From a bacterium (GTDB taxonomy: Bacteria > Patescibacteriota > Microgenomatia > Daviesbacterales > UBA10151): a DNA stretch of 64,000 nt. Under the pieces are notes generated by a model. That model searched no databases. It had not been told where the DNA came from and worked only from the letters and a program-made list of their open reading frames with translations. The DNA lies in contig JAJYNW010000015.1 in NCBI GenBank assembly GCA_021786105.1, positions 1 to 64,000 of the forward strand. The letters run 5' to 3'. How positions within the stretch are numbered: position 1 is the first letter of the stretch; the number at the start of each line of letters is the position of its first letter. Of this stretch, positions 26,997-36,560 are shown piece by piece. Made by a program: the position numbers and the translations under genes.

Positions 26997-27808
26997 TCAG
27001 TTAATTCCTCTACTACAAACGGATGAGTTCTGGTGCTTTGGGTTATAGTTGGCGTGCCGGGTGAGACTGGTGCGCCCGGTGGATAGGTCGGAGTATCAGC
27101 GATCTGGTTGGTGGACTGGCTTATTGGTGAACTGGTTGGCTGACTTACTGAAATTGGTTGCGGATTTTTCAGTCTAACCGCTAATTGTTCTGGACTGACC
27201 GGTTGGGTAATTGATTGTTCTAAAGCTTCTCCATTATATACTTCCTTCGGAAGACTGTAATTCTCCGAATTATAAATATCATAGAAGATCTCAATCAGTT
27301 CCCGTCTGGATAACTGGTCAGCGTTTAGCCCTACCCGGGCCAATTGTCTGATGATTTGGTCTCTGCGGGGCCAAAGCACGGTTTTAATTTTCTGTTCCAG
27401 TCTTTCTTTTGAGGCGGTAATGCCCAATTCTAAGGCAAAAAGCGGGATGACAATATAAAATTTTTTATCCAGCACTTCGTTTTCCTTAATGGTGCTTTGG
27501 ATGAATTGTTTATACTGGGTGATCATTTGCGATAGTAAGGGATTAGTTTGTGCTTTTTTGGCTTTATCCAAAAGTTCTAAGTATGAAGTAATATGAAGTC
27601 TTTCCGAATGTATCATGATTTGAATGCTAAAAGACAAGGAATTGAGCATTTGGGCAAAAGAGGAAATAATCGCTACCTGTTCTCTCTCTGAAAGCAGGCC
27701 AAAGTTGACAGCTGAAACTTGTAGGACCAGCGCCCCTCCGCCGTCTTTTAGCAGCAGGATATCGTCCTGGATGTCAGCGATAGATAAATGAGATTGTGTC
27801 GTATACAT
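26993..27808 (-). CDS. TraC/VirB4 N-terminal-like conjugation accessory protein
   Basis: I.DI.DD..LLKDG, V.AVNF.LLSE.EQ and LNSLSF.IQI motifs; between prgI and virB4. Confidence 0.7.
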   Translation of the reverse strand: MYTTQSHLSIADIQDDILLLKDGGGALVLQVSAVNFGLLSEREQVAIISSFAQMLNSLSFSIQIMIHSERLHITSYLELLDKAKKAQTNPLLSQMITQYKQFIQSTIKENEVLDKKFYIVIPLFALELGITASKERLEQKIKTVLWPRRDQIIRQLARVGLNADQLSRRELIEIFYDIYNSENYSLPKEVYNGEALEQSITQPVSPEQLAVRLKNPQPISVSQPTSSPISQSTNQIADTPTYPPGAPVSPGTPTITQSTRTHPFVVEELTE

Positions 27809-27817
27809 CTTTGAGCT

Positions 27818-28867
27818 TTACTCCTTTGCTGCTATTAACAAAGGAGGTAATACTTGACCAGTTAATTCCATCTGTAAGACATCAAAAGTCAGGCCCTCCT
27901 TTTCCAGCTCTAAAGTATAAGTCCCATTCGGTAAGGGGGTGGAGCCGGTAAATTGGCCCAGCTTATTGGTTTTTAAGGCTCTGACCGGCAGGCCCTCCTT
28001 ATCGTAGATGACTGCTACTACCCCTTCCAGGTAATCGTTCTCTTTGTTTTTTACAATCCCATTGATCACATTAGGAAAGGTGGTGAGGGCGATTTGGGTT
28101 TGTTTGGGTTTTGCCGGAATGACCACTTTAACTTTCTCTTTTAGAATGACTGGGGGAGGCGGAGAGGCAGATTCTGGTTGCGGTTCTGCGGTAACCGACT
28201 GGATTTCCTGTTTGATGGTTGAGGCCTGACTAACCAAGCTTTGCAGGTCATCCAGGATTTTATTGACTTGTTGACCGTAATCTACCGGTACAGGGGTAGG
28301 CTTTTGGGCGGCTGTTTTAATTTGGGATAAAGTCCGTTCAGTTTGGATAATTTTCATTTGTAATTGCTGGGCCTGACGCGCCAGATTAACTGTTTTGCTT
28401 AGCTCTTCTTGGGTAGGAAGTTCAGCTGGCGTACCGGCGGGTCGAGGGGTCTGCGCTTCGGCAATTTGGTTAGGTGCTGGTTTACTGGTTTGCTGATTGA
28501 TTGGATCCTGATTTGCGTTATTTAAGTACATCATTAGACGGTTGTTGAATGAAGGATTTTCTTTAAAACTTTTGCCGTTTTTCCGCCAAACTCTGACGGT
28601 GGGGGAATAAACAGCTTTCAAAAAAGCTGCCAGCCAATAATCCAAAGGCCGTGATCCGACCGGTAAAAAAGCAAAACTGATTCCTAAAATTGCCGAACAG
28701 ATAATGATCGGCCAGGCGATTAAAGGGAAGCTGTGTGCAAAGAATATAAACATAAGGTAGGAAACAGTAGCTCCGCCCGCCAGATAGCCAAATTGTTTGA
28801 GGGTCATATCCCCAATTAGCTTAAACTGGAAGGAGGTGACATTTTGCGGAATCGGGTGGACATCCAT
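27818..28867 (-). CDS. prgI: PrgI (VirB3-like) protein with C-terminal carboxypeptidase-regulatory-like domain
   Basis: HPIPQNV..FQFKLIGDMTLKQF, two TMs, RPLD.W; RALKTNKLGQF...L.NGTY. Confidence 0.8.
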   Translation of the reverse strand: MDVHPIPQNVTSFQFKLIGDMTLKQFGYLAGGATVSYLMFIFFAHSFPLIAWPIIICSAILGISFAFLPVGSRPLDYWLAAFLKAVYSPTVRVWRKNGKSFKENPSFNNRLMMYLNNANQDPINQQTSKPAPNQIAEAQTPRPAGTPAELPTQEELSKTVNLARQAQQLQMKIIQTERTLSQIKTAAQKPTPVPVDYGQQVNKILDDLQSLVSQASTIKQEIQSVTAEPQPESASPPPPVILKEKVKVVIPAKPKQTQIALTTFPNVINGIVKNKENDYLEGVVAVIYDKEGLPVRALKTNKLGQFTGSTPLPNGTYTLELEKEGLTFDVLQMELTGQVLPPLLIAAKE

Positions 28868-28946
28868 ATTAGGTACTATCTATATACCTCGTGAAAAAAA
28901 TGATGGCAAGAAGTTCAAAAGAGATCATTTGAGAGCAATCCATACT

Positions 28947-29056
28947 AATCTCAAATCTTAGATCTCAAATCGCAAATCTACATCTTAAATTTAAAAACTT
29001 TTAAAGCTTTGAGTTTTAAGTTGCAGTTTTGACCTTTGACATTTGAGATTTGAGTT
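28947..29056. repeat. 7-nt-periodic AT-rich palindrome (TCAAAT/TTTGA family)
   Basis: ATCTCAAATCTTAGATCTCAAATCGCAAAT...TTTGACCTTTGACATTTGAGATTTGAG. Confidence 0.7.
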
Positions 29057-29067
29057 TGTTATTTTAT

Positions 29068-29266
29068 GGAGGTGGTATCTCAGGTCGAAGTTTCGACCCA
29101 AGAGATAATGGGAACCAGGTGCAAATCCTGGACTGTGCCGCAACGGTAATTGTTAGGGTTTAGGGTTTAGATTTCTTGCGATTTCTAAAAGCGCAGCTTT
29201 CAAGCTTTGCTTATACCCTATTGGCTATACCCTAGTCTCTAACATTAGTCCGGAGACCGACCACGC
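29068..29266 (+). ncRNA. cobalamin riboswitch
   Basis: GGT-ATCTC...GAGAT-AATGGGAA-CCAGG-TGCAAAT-CCTGG-ACTGTGCCGCAACGGTAA...AGTCCGGAGACCGACC fits the core consensus, including the T-loop hairpin and B12 box. Confidence 0.8.
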
Positions 29267-29268
29267 TT

Positions 29269-29344
29269 AGTGACTAGTCGCTAGTGACTAGAGTCAAGTG
29301 TAATTTGCTTTTTCCAGACTCTAGTCACTCGATTCTAGATTCTA
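29269..29344. repeat. 7-nt-periodic palindrome (CTAG/GACTAGTC family) after the riboswitch
   Basis: AGTGACTAGTCGCTAGTGACTAGAGTCAAGTG...GACTCTAGTCACTCGATTCTAGATTCTA. Confidence 0.8.
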
Positions 29345-29368
29345 TTTTAAATCCCGTGCAGGAGCCAT

Positions 29369-30307
29369 ATGCCAGTATCAGAACGAGAACGAACAGCTAT
29401 TGCCAATATTGCAGGTTGGAGAAACACCGCCCCTGCTCAATTTGCAGAAGAATTAGCCTCTTTAAGTTTGGAAACTCATAGAATTGCAGACCCCTATTCT
29501 TATTTGATTACAGCGAAAGGAGAATTGTTTTCACCTACAGCTAGATGTCTGATTAAAGATACCATCGATGATAAAACTAGTTTGTTAGGTAGATTAGAAT
29601 ACCAAGCTGTTTTAGTCACTGAGCAATGGGTAGCTAACAATAATGAGGGAGTAAGTATTTGGGTTAGCCCACCAAAAAAAGGAATATATCCCACCTCTAA
29701 AATAATTGTTCAGGAAATAGTGCATGAAGGCGGAGTGAAGAAATTATTCAACCGGGCCATTGTTTTGGATTTTAACGAAGAACAATGTATGAGGTTTGCT
29801 TGGAATCTGACTAGTTTTAGCCACAATAAGCCTATTTTCAGAGACTTGGATGAGATTAGAGCTATTCCTTTAGTATTGAATACTCAAAATAAATCTTGGA
29901 TTGATATCTTGGAAAAATTAATTGATGTTCCGAAAGTTTGGGCAATGATTCGAAACGGAGAAGATAAGCAGTATAAAAAAGAGACCCTCAGGCAGGCTGT
30001 AATAGTCCAAAAGCAGTTCTTTACTGATTCCAGGCTATCTTATTCAGATGAAGCAAAAATAGCCGTTATGCAAATGCTAGGGTCAAAATCCGGCAGTTGT
30101 CCGCCGCGATCTGGTACTCAGGGCAGAACAGCTTTTCAAGCTATTGCCGGTTCTGCCGTGACAGTTGGCAGTGGAGGGGGATTGGTCGAATCAGATCAAT
30201 ATGGGTCTTTGGAGTTTGAGTGCCCAAAGTGCAAGAAAACAAATACCAGACCAAAGGGTCAACTAATACCAAACTGCCAGCATTGCGGGCAAGATGTCCG
30301 TTGTTAG
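29369..30307 (+). CDS. hypothetical protein with C-terminal zinc ribbon
   Basis: AGGAG SD; GSCP motif; CPKC...CQHC...C at the C-terminus. Confidence 0.75.
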   Translation: MPVSERERTAIANIAGWRNTAPAQFAEELASLSLETHRIADPYSYLITAKGELFSPTARCLIKDTIDDKTSLLGRLEYQAVLVTEQWVANNNEGVSIWVSPPKKGIYPTSKIIVQEIVHEGGVKKLFNRAIVLDFNEEQCMRFAWNLTSFSHNKPIFRDLDEIRAIPLVLNTQNKSWIDILEKLIDVPKVWAMIRNGEDKQYKKETLRQAVIVQKQFFTDSRLSYSDEAKIAVMQMLGSKSGSCPPRSGTQGRTAFQAIAGSAVTVGSGGGLVESDQYGSLEFECPKCKKTNTRPKGQLIPNCQHCGQDVRC

Positions 30308-30324
30308 TGGTATAATTGGGATCT

Positions 30325-30579
30325 ATGAAAACCTCCAAAGATTTACAGTTTAAAGTTCTTATAGAACAAGATGAAAATGGGCTGTATGTGGCTTCAGTTC
30401 CTGAGCTTCCTGGTTGTTACACTCAAGGGAAAACTTTGGAACAAGTTAGAAGAAGAATCAAAGAGGCGATAGAATTGGTATTAGAAGCAGATGAAGATTT
30501 AAAGAAAGAGAAAATACAATCTTCGAAATCTCCACAATTCTTCGGCATAGAAGAAGTGACGATTCGAGGCTATGCCTAA
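30325..30579 (+). CDS. hicB: HicB family antitoxin
   Basis: IEQDENG.YVASVPELPGCYTQGKTLE...IKEAIEL motif; TGGTATAAT upstream. Confidence 0.9.
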   Translation: MKTSKDLQFKVLIEQDENGLYVASVPELPGCYTQGKTLEQVRRRIKEAIELVLEADEDLKKEKIQSSKSPQFFGIEEVTIRGYA

Positions 30580-30658
30580 ATTATCTCCTATTTCAGCTAA
30601 AGAGTTAATTAAAAATTCTACTTTTAGGAAGTTCTATGCTGGAAATATTAATACTTGA
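30572..30658 (+). pseudogene. hicA: truncated hicA toxin remnant
   Basis: MPKLSPISAKELIK HicA-type N-terminus overlapping the hicB stop, then loses similarity at about 30616 and stops. Confidence 0.65.
30622..30644 (+). repeat. 23-bp direct repeat (copy 1; copy 2 at 32169-32191)
   Basis: TTTTAGGAAGTTCTATGCTGGAA vs TTTTAGGAAGTTCTATACTGGAA, 22/23. Confidence 0.8.
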
Positions 30659-30683
30659 CAAAAAGTATTACTTTTTGTATATT
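30655..30683 (+). promoter_or_regulatory. sigma-70 promoter with a perfect palindromic operator in the spacer
   Basis: TTGACA-17 bp-TATATT; ACAAAAAGTA-T-TACTTTTTGT at 30658-30678. Confidence 0.7.
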
Positions 30684-30690
30684 AGTAATT

Positions 30691-31845
30691 GTGAAAAGGA
30701 AGCTATTCCAGCAAATTACAGCCAGAATGGAGGCGCCGGAAGCGATTGTTGTAACCGGCATGCGCAGAGTTGGGAAGACAACACTAATTAAGCAGGTATA
30801 TGATAGTCTAAATACTGCCAATAAGATTTTTCTTGATTTGGAAAACCCTGTTAACCAAAAGTACTTTGAAGAAGTAAATTACGAAGCAATCAAATACCGA
30901 TTCCAAACCCTTGGTATAGATTTATCCCAAAAGGCTTATATCTTTTTGGATGAAATTCAATTTGTCAAAAATTTACCCTCGGTTGTTAAATATCTGATGG
31001 ATCATTATCAAATCAAGTTTTTCTTAACCGGCTCCAGCTCTTTTTACTTAAAGAATTTATTTTCCGAATCTTTGGCAGGCAGAAAAATAATTTATGAGTT
31101 ATTTCCTTTAGATTTTGAGGAATTTTTGCTTCTTAAGGGCAGTCATATTGTTATACCTGAAAAAAATGTCAGTGAATCTATTTATCAGACAATTATTCCT
31201 TTATATAAAGAATATATAGAATTCGGGGGGTTTCCGGGGGTTGTTGTGAAATCATCTCCTAAGGAAAAGCAGGAGGCATTAATGGATATATTCAGCGCTT
31301 ATTTCAATAAAGAAGTTTTAAGTATTGGCGGTTTTCGGAATAATCAGGCGGTGAGGGATTTAATGCTGCTCCTGATAAGCAGGATCGGTAGTAAAGTTGA
31401 TGTGCAAAAATTATCTGCCGAACTAGGAATATCAAGGATAACTGTCATGGAATATCTGGCATTTTTGGAAGGGACATATTTTATATCGTTGTTATCACCA
31501 TATTCTACCAATAAGGATACAGAAATAAGAGCTGCTAAAAAGGTATACTTTTGCGATAGTGGTTTAGTCAATAGTATACAAAATACCCCCTTTGGTAACC
31601 TTTTTGAAAATACAATCTATAATCAATTGCGAACTCGGGGAGAAGTAAATTATTACCAGCGAAAGAGTGGAGTAGAAATAGATTTCATTCTTAATAAACA
31701 GGAAGCATGGGAAGTAAAGACAAAAGCTGACAGTCATGATTGGATTAAGCTGCAAAGATTGGTCAAAGAGCTTAAGTTAAAAGAGGGGAAAATAGTTTCT
31801 TTTGAATATTCTCAAGCTAATGTTATTTATGGATTTCAAATCTAA
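30691..31845 (+). CDS. AAA+ ATPase (AAA_14) with DUF4143 and C-terminal nuclease-like motif
   Basis: TGMRRVGKT, FLDEIQ, TGSSS, ESLAGR, GGFP, K.YFCDSG, FEN, EIDF...WEVK; GTG 30691 follows the promoter. Confidence 0.88.
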   Translation: MKRKLFQQITARMEAPEAIVVTGMRRVGKTTLIKQVYDSLNTANKIFLDLENPVNQKYFEEVNYEAIKYRFQTLGIDLSQKAYIFLDEIQFVKNLPSVVKYLMDHYQIKFFLTGSSSFYLKNLFSESLAGRKIIYELFPLDFEEFLLLKGSHIVIPEKNVSESIYQTIIPLYKEYIEFGGFPGVVVKSSPKEKQEALMDIFSAYFNKEVLSIGGFRNNQAVRDLMLLLISRIGSKVDVQKLSAELGISRITVMEYLAFLEGTYFISLLSPYSTNKDTEIRAAKKVYFCDSGLVNSIQNTPFGNLFENTIYNQLRTRGEVNYYQRKSGVEIDFILNKQEAWEVKTKADSHDWIKLQRLVKELKLKEGKIVSFEYSQANVIYGFQI

Positions 31846-31955
31846 GTATATCTAACTTCAAATTCGTCAGGATTTTAACAGAATTAAATCAAGCGCATTC
31901 GCTTCGCTCAGTGTAAACTTCTCAAAGAAAGGCAATATAAGAGGGAGGAAGAAAG

Positions 31956-32162
31956 ATGAAAGAAAAAATATCCAGTGAGATAAATAGCGTTATGAGTACG
32001 GGCACGGAATATACTGCTCAAACGTTTAAAAGCGCTCTTTATTTGGCTGAGTCAATAAGGAGAAGTTTTTGGGGGGAAACAATATTGGAGCGGAGTGGAG
32101 GTAGATGGGTGCCGCGGACAGTTAAACCAGGGATAAGACATCTAAGGAGTATTATTCGTTGA
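31956..32162 (+). CDS. small hypothetical protein
   Basis: 68-aa ORF with a purine-rich GAGGGAGG SD. Confidence 0.4.
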   Translation: MKEKISSEINSVMSTGTEYTAQTFKSALYLAESIRRSFWGETILERSGGRWVPRTVKPGIRHLRSIIR

Positions 32163-32187
32163 CACAAATTTTAGGAAGTTCTATACT
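32159..32187 (+). promoter_or_regulatory. sigma-70 promoter of the 1434-aa gene
   Basis: TTGACA(32159)-17 bp-TATACT(32182); GAGG SD before ATG 32227. Confidence 0.75.
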
Positions 32188-32226
32188 GGAATTAGGCCAT
32201 AGAATTTCCGATGAAAGAGGAAAACT

Positions 32227-35200
32227 ATGGCACAAATTGAAAGTTATAACCCTGAGCGAAGTCGAAGGGAAAGAATTATGGCAGAAAGTAGTGCAATTCC
32301 AGAAGGAGCCCGTGATGTCCCCAAAAACCAATTAGTAATAGTGGGCCCAGGTGGTGAATACCGGGGACAATATAGACCTCCAGAAACGCCAAAGCCTCCT
32401 GAAGACCGTTTACTTCCAAGAAGGGTGGAAGAAGAAATAGCAGAAAGAGGAGGTAGTGAGTTTGAAAGAGCCAGATTGCTTTACGACCATTACATGGGAT
32501 TACCTCTCCCTATTGAGCAAGGGCTAAGAGATGAACTTCAAAGACGCCAAGCGCAAAGAAGAGCAGAGCTTGAGCGATTAGAACAGGAAGCCGAAAAACA
32601 CCCGGCTCAACCAGTGAAATTAATTACCAGAGAAATGCTGAGATCTTATAAAAGAATTAAGGAAACCAGGATCCGCGAATTGCAGGGTGGAGGAAGAGAG
32701 GATGCCATAGAACGGGAAAGAAGTAGGGGAGAATTGCAGGAAAGAATATTTGAAGATTATACTGAACTTGCTTCAGAGAGGAGTATTCTTGCCGGCTTAG
32801 GACGCTACTTATGGGATGGTTTTCATACGGCAGTTGTTAATAATGAAAAAGGTATAACAGGTTTAACTCTTAAAAATCCTTTTGCAGAACGATTTTTTGA
32901 AATGATTAAACGGATGAGGCAAAGGGACAGGATGAGTACGAAAGAAAGCAGATATTTTCAGGTTGAATCATGGTATGGTGGATCTACAATCGTGATGTTT
33001 ACCTGGCCTGAAAGCGCCCGGGATATGATCATTACTACCATGGATTGGATGAAAGATCGTATAGCAGATATAGGTCAGCGCGATCCGGGAACAGCAAGTA
33101 AAGAATTTGAGGAAATGAGGTCACTTGGCCCTAATCTTTTGAAAAATACCCGTATCCGCATTAACGATGAACCAGTTTTGGTGGCAGAGCATGGGAAGAT
33201 TCAGGAAACAAACCCGGATTACTTAAGAGCAAGAGCCCTTAGCGAAGGTCCGCCCGATGTCTTTGCCACTGAGATAATTACAAAAAAGGGCAATACTGAA
33301 TTTGGGCCACAAGCTAAAGAAAGATTTGCTGCCAAATTTATTGAGAATTTCAATGCCATGTTTTTAGAAAATAGATCTGCAGCTTATTTGATGCACAGAT
33401 TAAGAACATACAAAGATGGTACTTATTGGACCGGTCATGATTGGCATGCCGATAAAGTGAAAGAAGGGGATATCAAAGATTACCGGGCAAAAATACAGGA
33501 AGAGCTGATGGGTGAAGCTGCTACTCTTGATTTCTTTACTGAAACTATTTTTGTCAATAACCAAGACCTTTTTCAGGATGTGATTCAAGGAAAAGATATT
33601 GGGGAAACAGCGGAAAATGTAGAAGATGTGAGGTTAGCTTATAAAGGCTTTTTTGAACTCAGAGAAAGGAACGGTTTGCAGTATAGTATTAATGATCCTC
33701 TAGAAAGATTACTGTTAGATCCCGGAGATGTAATAAGACAAAGAATTAAAGCTACAGGAGATGCTGAGGCTTTAAAAAGGCATGATGTGCGTGTAGCAGT
33801 TTTCAGAAGAACAAAAGAATTATTAGACAGAAGAGAAGGCTTTGACTTTATTAGCATGGCAGAAATATATAAGTTGGAGAAGCGTATGAGACGGCCGCTT
33901 TCAGATGAAGAACTGGCCGATTTAGCAGAAGTACATAAAGATGTTATCCGTGCACAGTTGCAGCAAACTCTGCAATCTCAGGGACAAGATCCTGATCAGA
34001 ATAAAGATTGGATTGAACAAAGCATTATAGAAGTTAAAGAAAGCAGAAAACAGGAGGCTATTAGGAGTAGGATACGCGCTCGGGTAGAGGAGATTAGCCG
34101 GGGAAAAAGCTATTTTGCAGAAACTTGTGCAGAAACATTAATACGGTTTGATCAAGCTAAGAAGGCTGGTGATTTAGCAAAATGTGATCAAATAGCCTGG
34201 GGATGGGTTAAAGATTATAACAGCAAGCTTATTCGATCTCATTTACCAAAATGGTACCCGAGCGGTTGGGATAAAGTCAGACTAAAAATAGACAGAGCGG
34301 CTAAAGTGATTGACCGTTCTTTAACAGAGGAAGAGAGGGAAGCAATGTATGAAACAGCATATCTGCCCGAGGGAAATGATGAGGAGTCAATAGCAAGAAG
34401 ACTTGACCTTATTGCAGGCCGCGGAGAAGAAGCGAGATTTGGTTTTGAGATGGCCAGAGTCTTTTCACCGTTCTTGATGGAGTCTTCTTTGTTAGGAGGC
34501 ATGAGAATCAGAATGGTGATGAAAAAAGGACCACATGCTGGAGAATATATTGGCAGGCTGGATGATGATGAAACCAGCGTGTTGTGTGGTCTTATTAAAG
34601 GAAGGGTAAATCCTCAAACGCGTGAAGTTGAGATTGAGAAAGATGTCAATGGTGAAGCTATTATTATAGATCCTGAGAGAAAAAGTATCCGTATTTCGGA
34701 CATACTTGAGGCTCGGTTGGCCAAAGCTATTGCCGACGAGGAACACGAAATAGAACCTTTCAGGTTAGCTAAACATCAGGCATTGACAGCCATGTACAGG
34801 GCTGAACTATCTGGCAATCAGGCAGAAATGGCTGCGGCACACCAAGCTTTGGATAAAGCAGCCAAAGATTTAAGAGAAAAACTATGCGACTGTCAATTTA
34901 TAGTCACCCATGCTTTTAAAGCAAAAGGTTTAGTTAATGGTAGATGGCCAACATGGCCACAGGCATCAGCTTTGGATAATTCTGGAATTAAGTTGTTTGG
35001 AGAAATCTTAGCAGAATACGGAGTAGAGGTAGCTCCAGGCCTGCCTTTTGCAGACTATAAGAGCGAAATTTATGAGTATTTGGAAAGAGAAAGAAGAGGC
35101 CAGTTTGCAGAGATGGATCGGGCAAATCAAGAGTTTATGGAAGATAAATATCCTATTTATGAACGTGACGAGTGGACCGGAGAGATTATTATGGATCCGG

Positions 35201-36531
35201 TGTTTGAGAATGGCGAGCCCAAGAAGGATCAACAAGGGAAAACGGTTATGGCACCAAGACCAGCTATATCCATATTTACCATGTCTGATCCCTGGGGCGA
35301 GCCAGGGCCGATGTCTGACCGGCCGCGGGTGGTAAATAAAGGAGACTGGGCAGAGAATACCATGGTCACTGAAGCAGAGTATAATATCTCTACTAGCGGC
35401 GGAGTGAAATTCCCTGAATTTATCCGCTATGCCAGCATTCGCTTTTTACCTTTAGGAATATCGGGGCTGGGTTCCCCAGGCCTTTGGGATTTGAATAATT
35501 TCATTAAAGGAAGGAATGAAGTTGAATTCCATAAGCAAAAATTGTTTGATCCAACAGACATGCCCAAAAATGCCAGAGCGCAGGCTGCAGCCTATAAAGC
35601 CCGGATAGCTTTAACAGGCGGCAGTTTAGGTGAAGGCCAATTCACCCCAGGATTTTTAAATGAACCATTTAATGGTGCATTTACTATTGCCGATTGGCTC
35701 CGTCAAATAGCCACCAATCAAGCTGGTTTTGATGCTTACAAGATGGAGAAAACCCAACTGTATGTAAAGAAAATGGAAGCTATGAGGAATGGAGAGACTC
35801 TCAAGGAGGGGGAACTAGAGGAATTAAGGCAACTAACTTACGAAGATTATTTTGTTCTCATTAAACATAAGACTATTGCAGATGAGTTTTATCAAACCAC
35901 CTATAAGACTTTTGGCAATTTCGTTACTTGGCTTAAAGCTGAAAAGGAAGTTGAGCAAAACCGGATTGGTAATGCTCCAAGGAACTATGCTTATGATAAT
36001 ACAAAACGCTGGTATGCCTTTAGAAAACTGATGCGCGAATCCATGCACAAAGGCGAGCGGGGTTTTATTCAAAGGTTAGGTTATTCTCCTGAGATAGCTA
36101 GCGAGCTTTCCTTAAGAATGTTAGAAACCGGTATGCAGGATGCAGATTACTTGATTTTAAGGGATTATGAGAGGGAAAGATTGGCTCAGGAAGGATCATT
36201 AATACTTTCTAAAGTCTTAATTGATGCAGAAAAACAGAAAGGACTTTCATTATTAGATGAGACAACATGGGAAGATCAACGTGCCGAGGTAAAAAAAGCT
36301 TTGGAAACAGTCAGAAGAAGAGGCTTGCTGGAGTTTATGAGAGAAGAAGGATTTTCATGGTATTCAAAAATTGAAGGGGTAGAAAAAGGGCGATATAAAC
36401 GCGAAGATAAATTTTATTTAGGGGAAAGAGTACCTGAAGCAGTTAGGAAAAACGGTAATATGATTACAAATTATGAACGCCGGGTAATGAGATCTGCAGA
36501 GTATCAATATCAACCACCTGTCACACCGTAG
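32227..36531 (+). CDS. large soluble hypothetical protein (1434 aa)
   Basis: 4.3-kb ORF, E/R/K-rich and probably helical; no TM or motif recognised. Confidence 0.85.
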   Translation: MAQIESYNPERSRRERIMAESSAIPEGARDVPKNQLVIVGPGGEYRGQYRPPETPKPPEDRLLPRRVEEEIAERGGSEFERARLLYDHYMGLPLPIEQGLRDELQRRQAQRRAELERLEQEAEKHPAQPVKLITREMLRSYKRIKETRIRELQGGGREDAIERERSRGELQERIFEDYTELASERSILAGLGRYLWDGFHTAVVNNEKGITGLTLKNPFAERFFEMIKRMRQRDRMSTKESRYFQVESWYGGSTIVMFTWPESARDMIITTMDWMKDRIADIGQRDPGTASKEFEEMRSLGPNLLKNTRIRINDEPVLVAEHGKIQETNPDYLRARALSEGPPDVFATEIITKKGNTEFGPQAKERFAAKFIENFNAMFLENRSAAYLMHRLRTYKDGTYWTGHDWHADKVKEGDIKDYRAKIQEELMGEAATLDFFTETIFVNNQDLFQDVIQGKDIGETAENVEDVRLAYKGFFELRERNGLQYSINDPLERLLLDPGDVIRQRIKATGDAEALKRHDVRVAVFRRTKELLDRREGFDFISMAEIYKLEKRMRRPLSDEELADLAEVHKDVIRAQLQQTLQSQGQDPDQNKDWIEQSIIEVKESRKQEAIRSRIRARVEEISRGKSYFAETCAETLIRFDQAKKAGDLAKCDQIAWGWVKDYNSKLIRSHLPKWYPSGWDKVRLKIDRAAKVIDRSLTEEEREAMYETAYLPEGNDEESIARRLDLIAGRGEEARFGFEMARVFSPFLMESSLLGGMRIRMVMKKGPHAGEYIGRLDDDETSVLCGLIKGRVNPQTREVEIEKDVNGEAIIIDPERKSIRISDILEARLAKAIADEEHEIEPFRLAKHQALTAMYRAELSGNQAEMAAAHQALDKAAKDLREKLCDCQFIVTHAFKAKGLVNGRWPTWPQASALDNSGIKLFGEILAEYGVEVAPGLPFADYKSEIYEYLERERRGQFAEMDRANQEFMEDKYPIYERDEWTGEIIMDPVFENGEPKKDQQGKTVMAPRPAISIFTMSDPWGEPGPMSDRPRVVNKGDWAENTMVTEAEYNISTSGGVKFPEFIRYASIRFLPLGISGLGSPGLWDLNNFIKGRNEVEFHKQKLFDPTDMPKNARAQAAAYKARIALTGGSLGEGQFTPGFLNEPFNGAFTIADWLRQIATNQAGFDAYKMEKTQLYVKKMEAMRNGETLKEGELEELRQLTYEDYFVLIKHKTIADEFYQTTYKTFGNFVTWLKAEKEVEQNRIGNAPRNYAYDNTKRWYAFRKLMRESMHKGERGFIQRLGYSPEIASELSLRMLETGMQDADYLILRDYERERLAQEGSLILSKVLIDAEKQKGLSLLDETTWEDQRAEVKKALETVRRRGLLEFMREEGFSWYSKIEGVEKGRYKREDKFYLGERVPEAVRKNGNMITNYERRVMRSAEYQYQPPVTP

Positions 36532-36560
36532 TCCATTGGTGTAGTTAGACCATAAATCAA

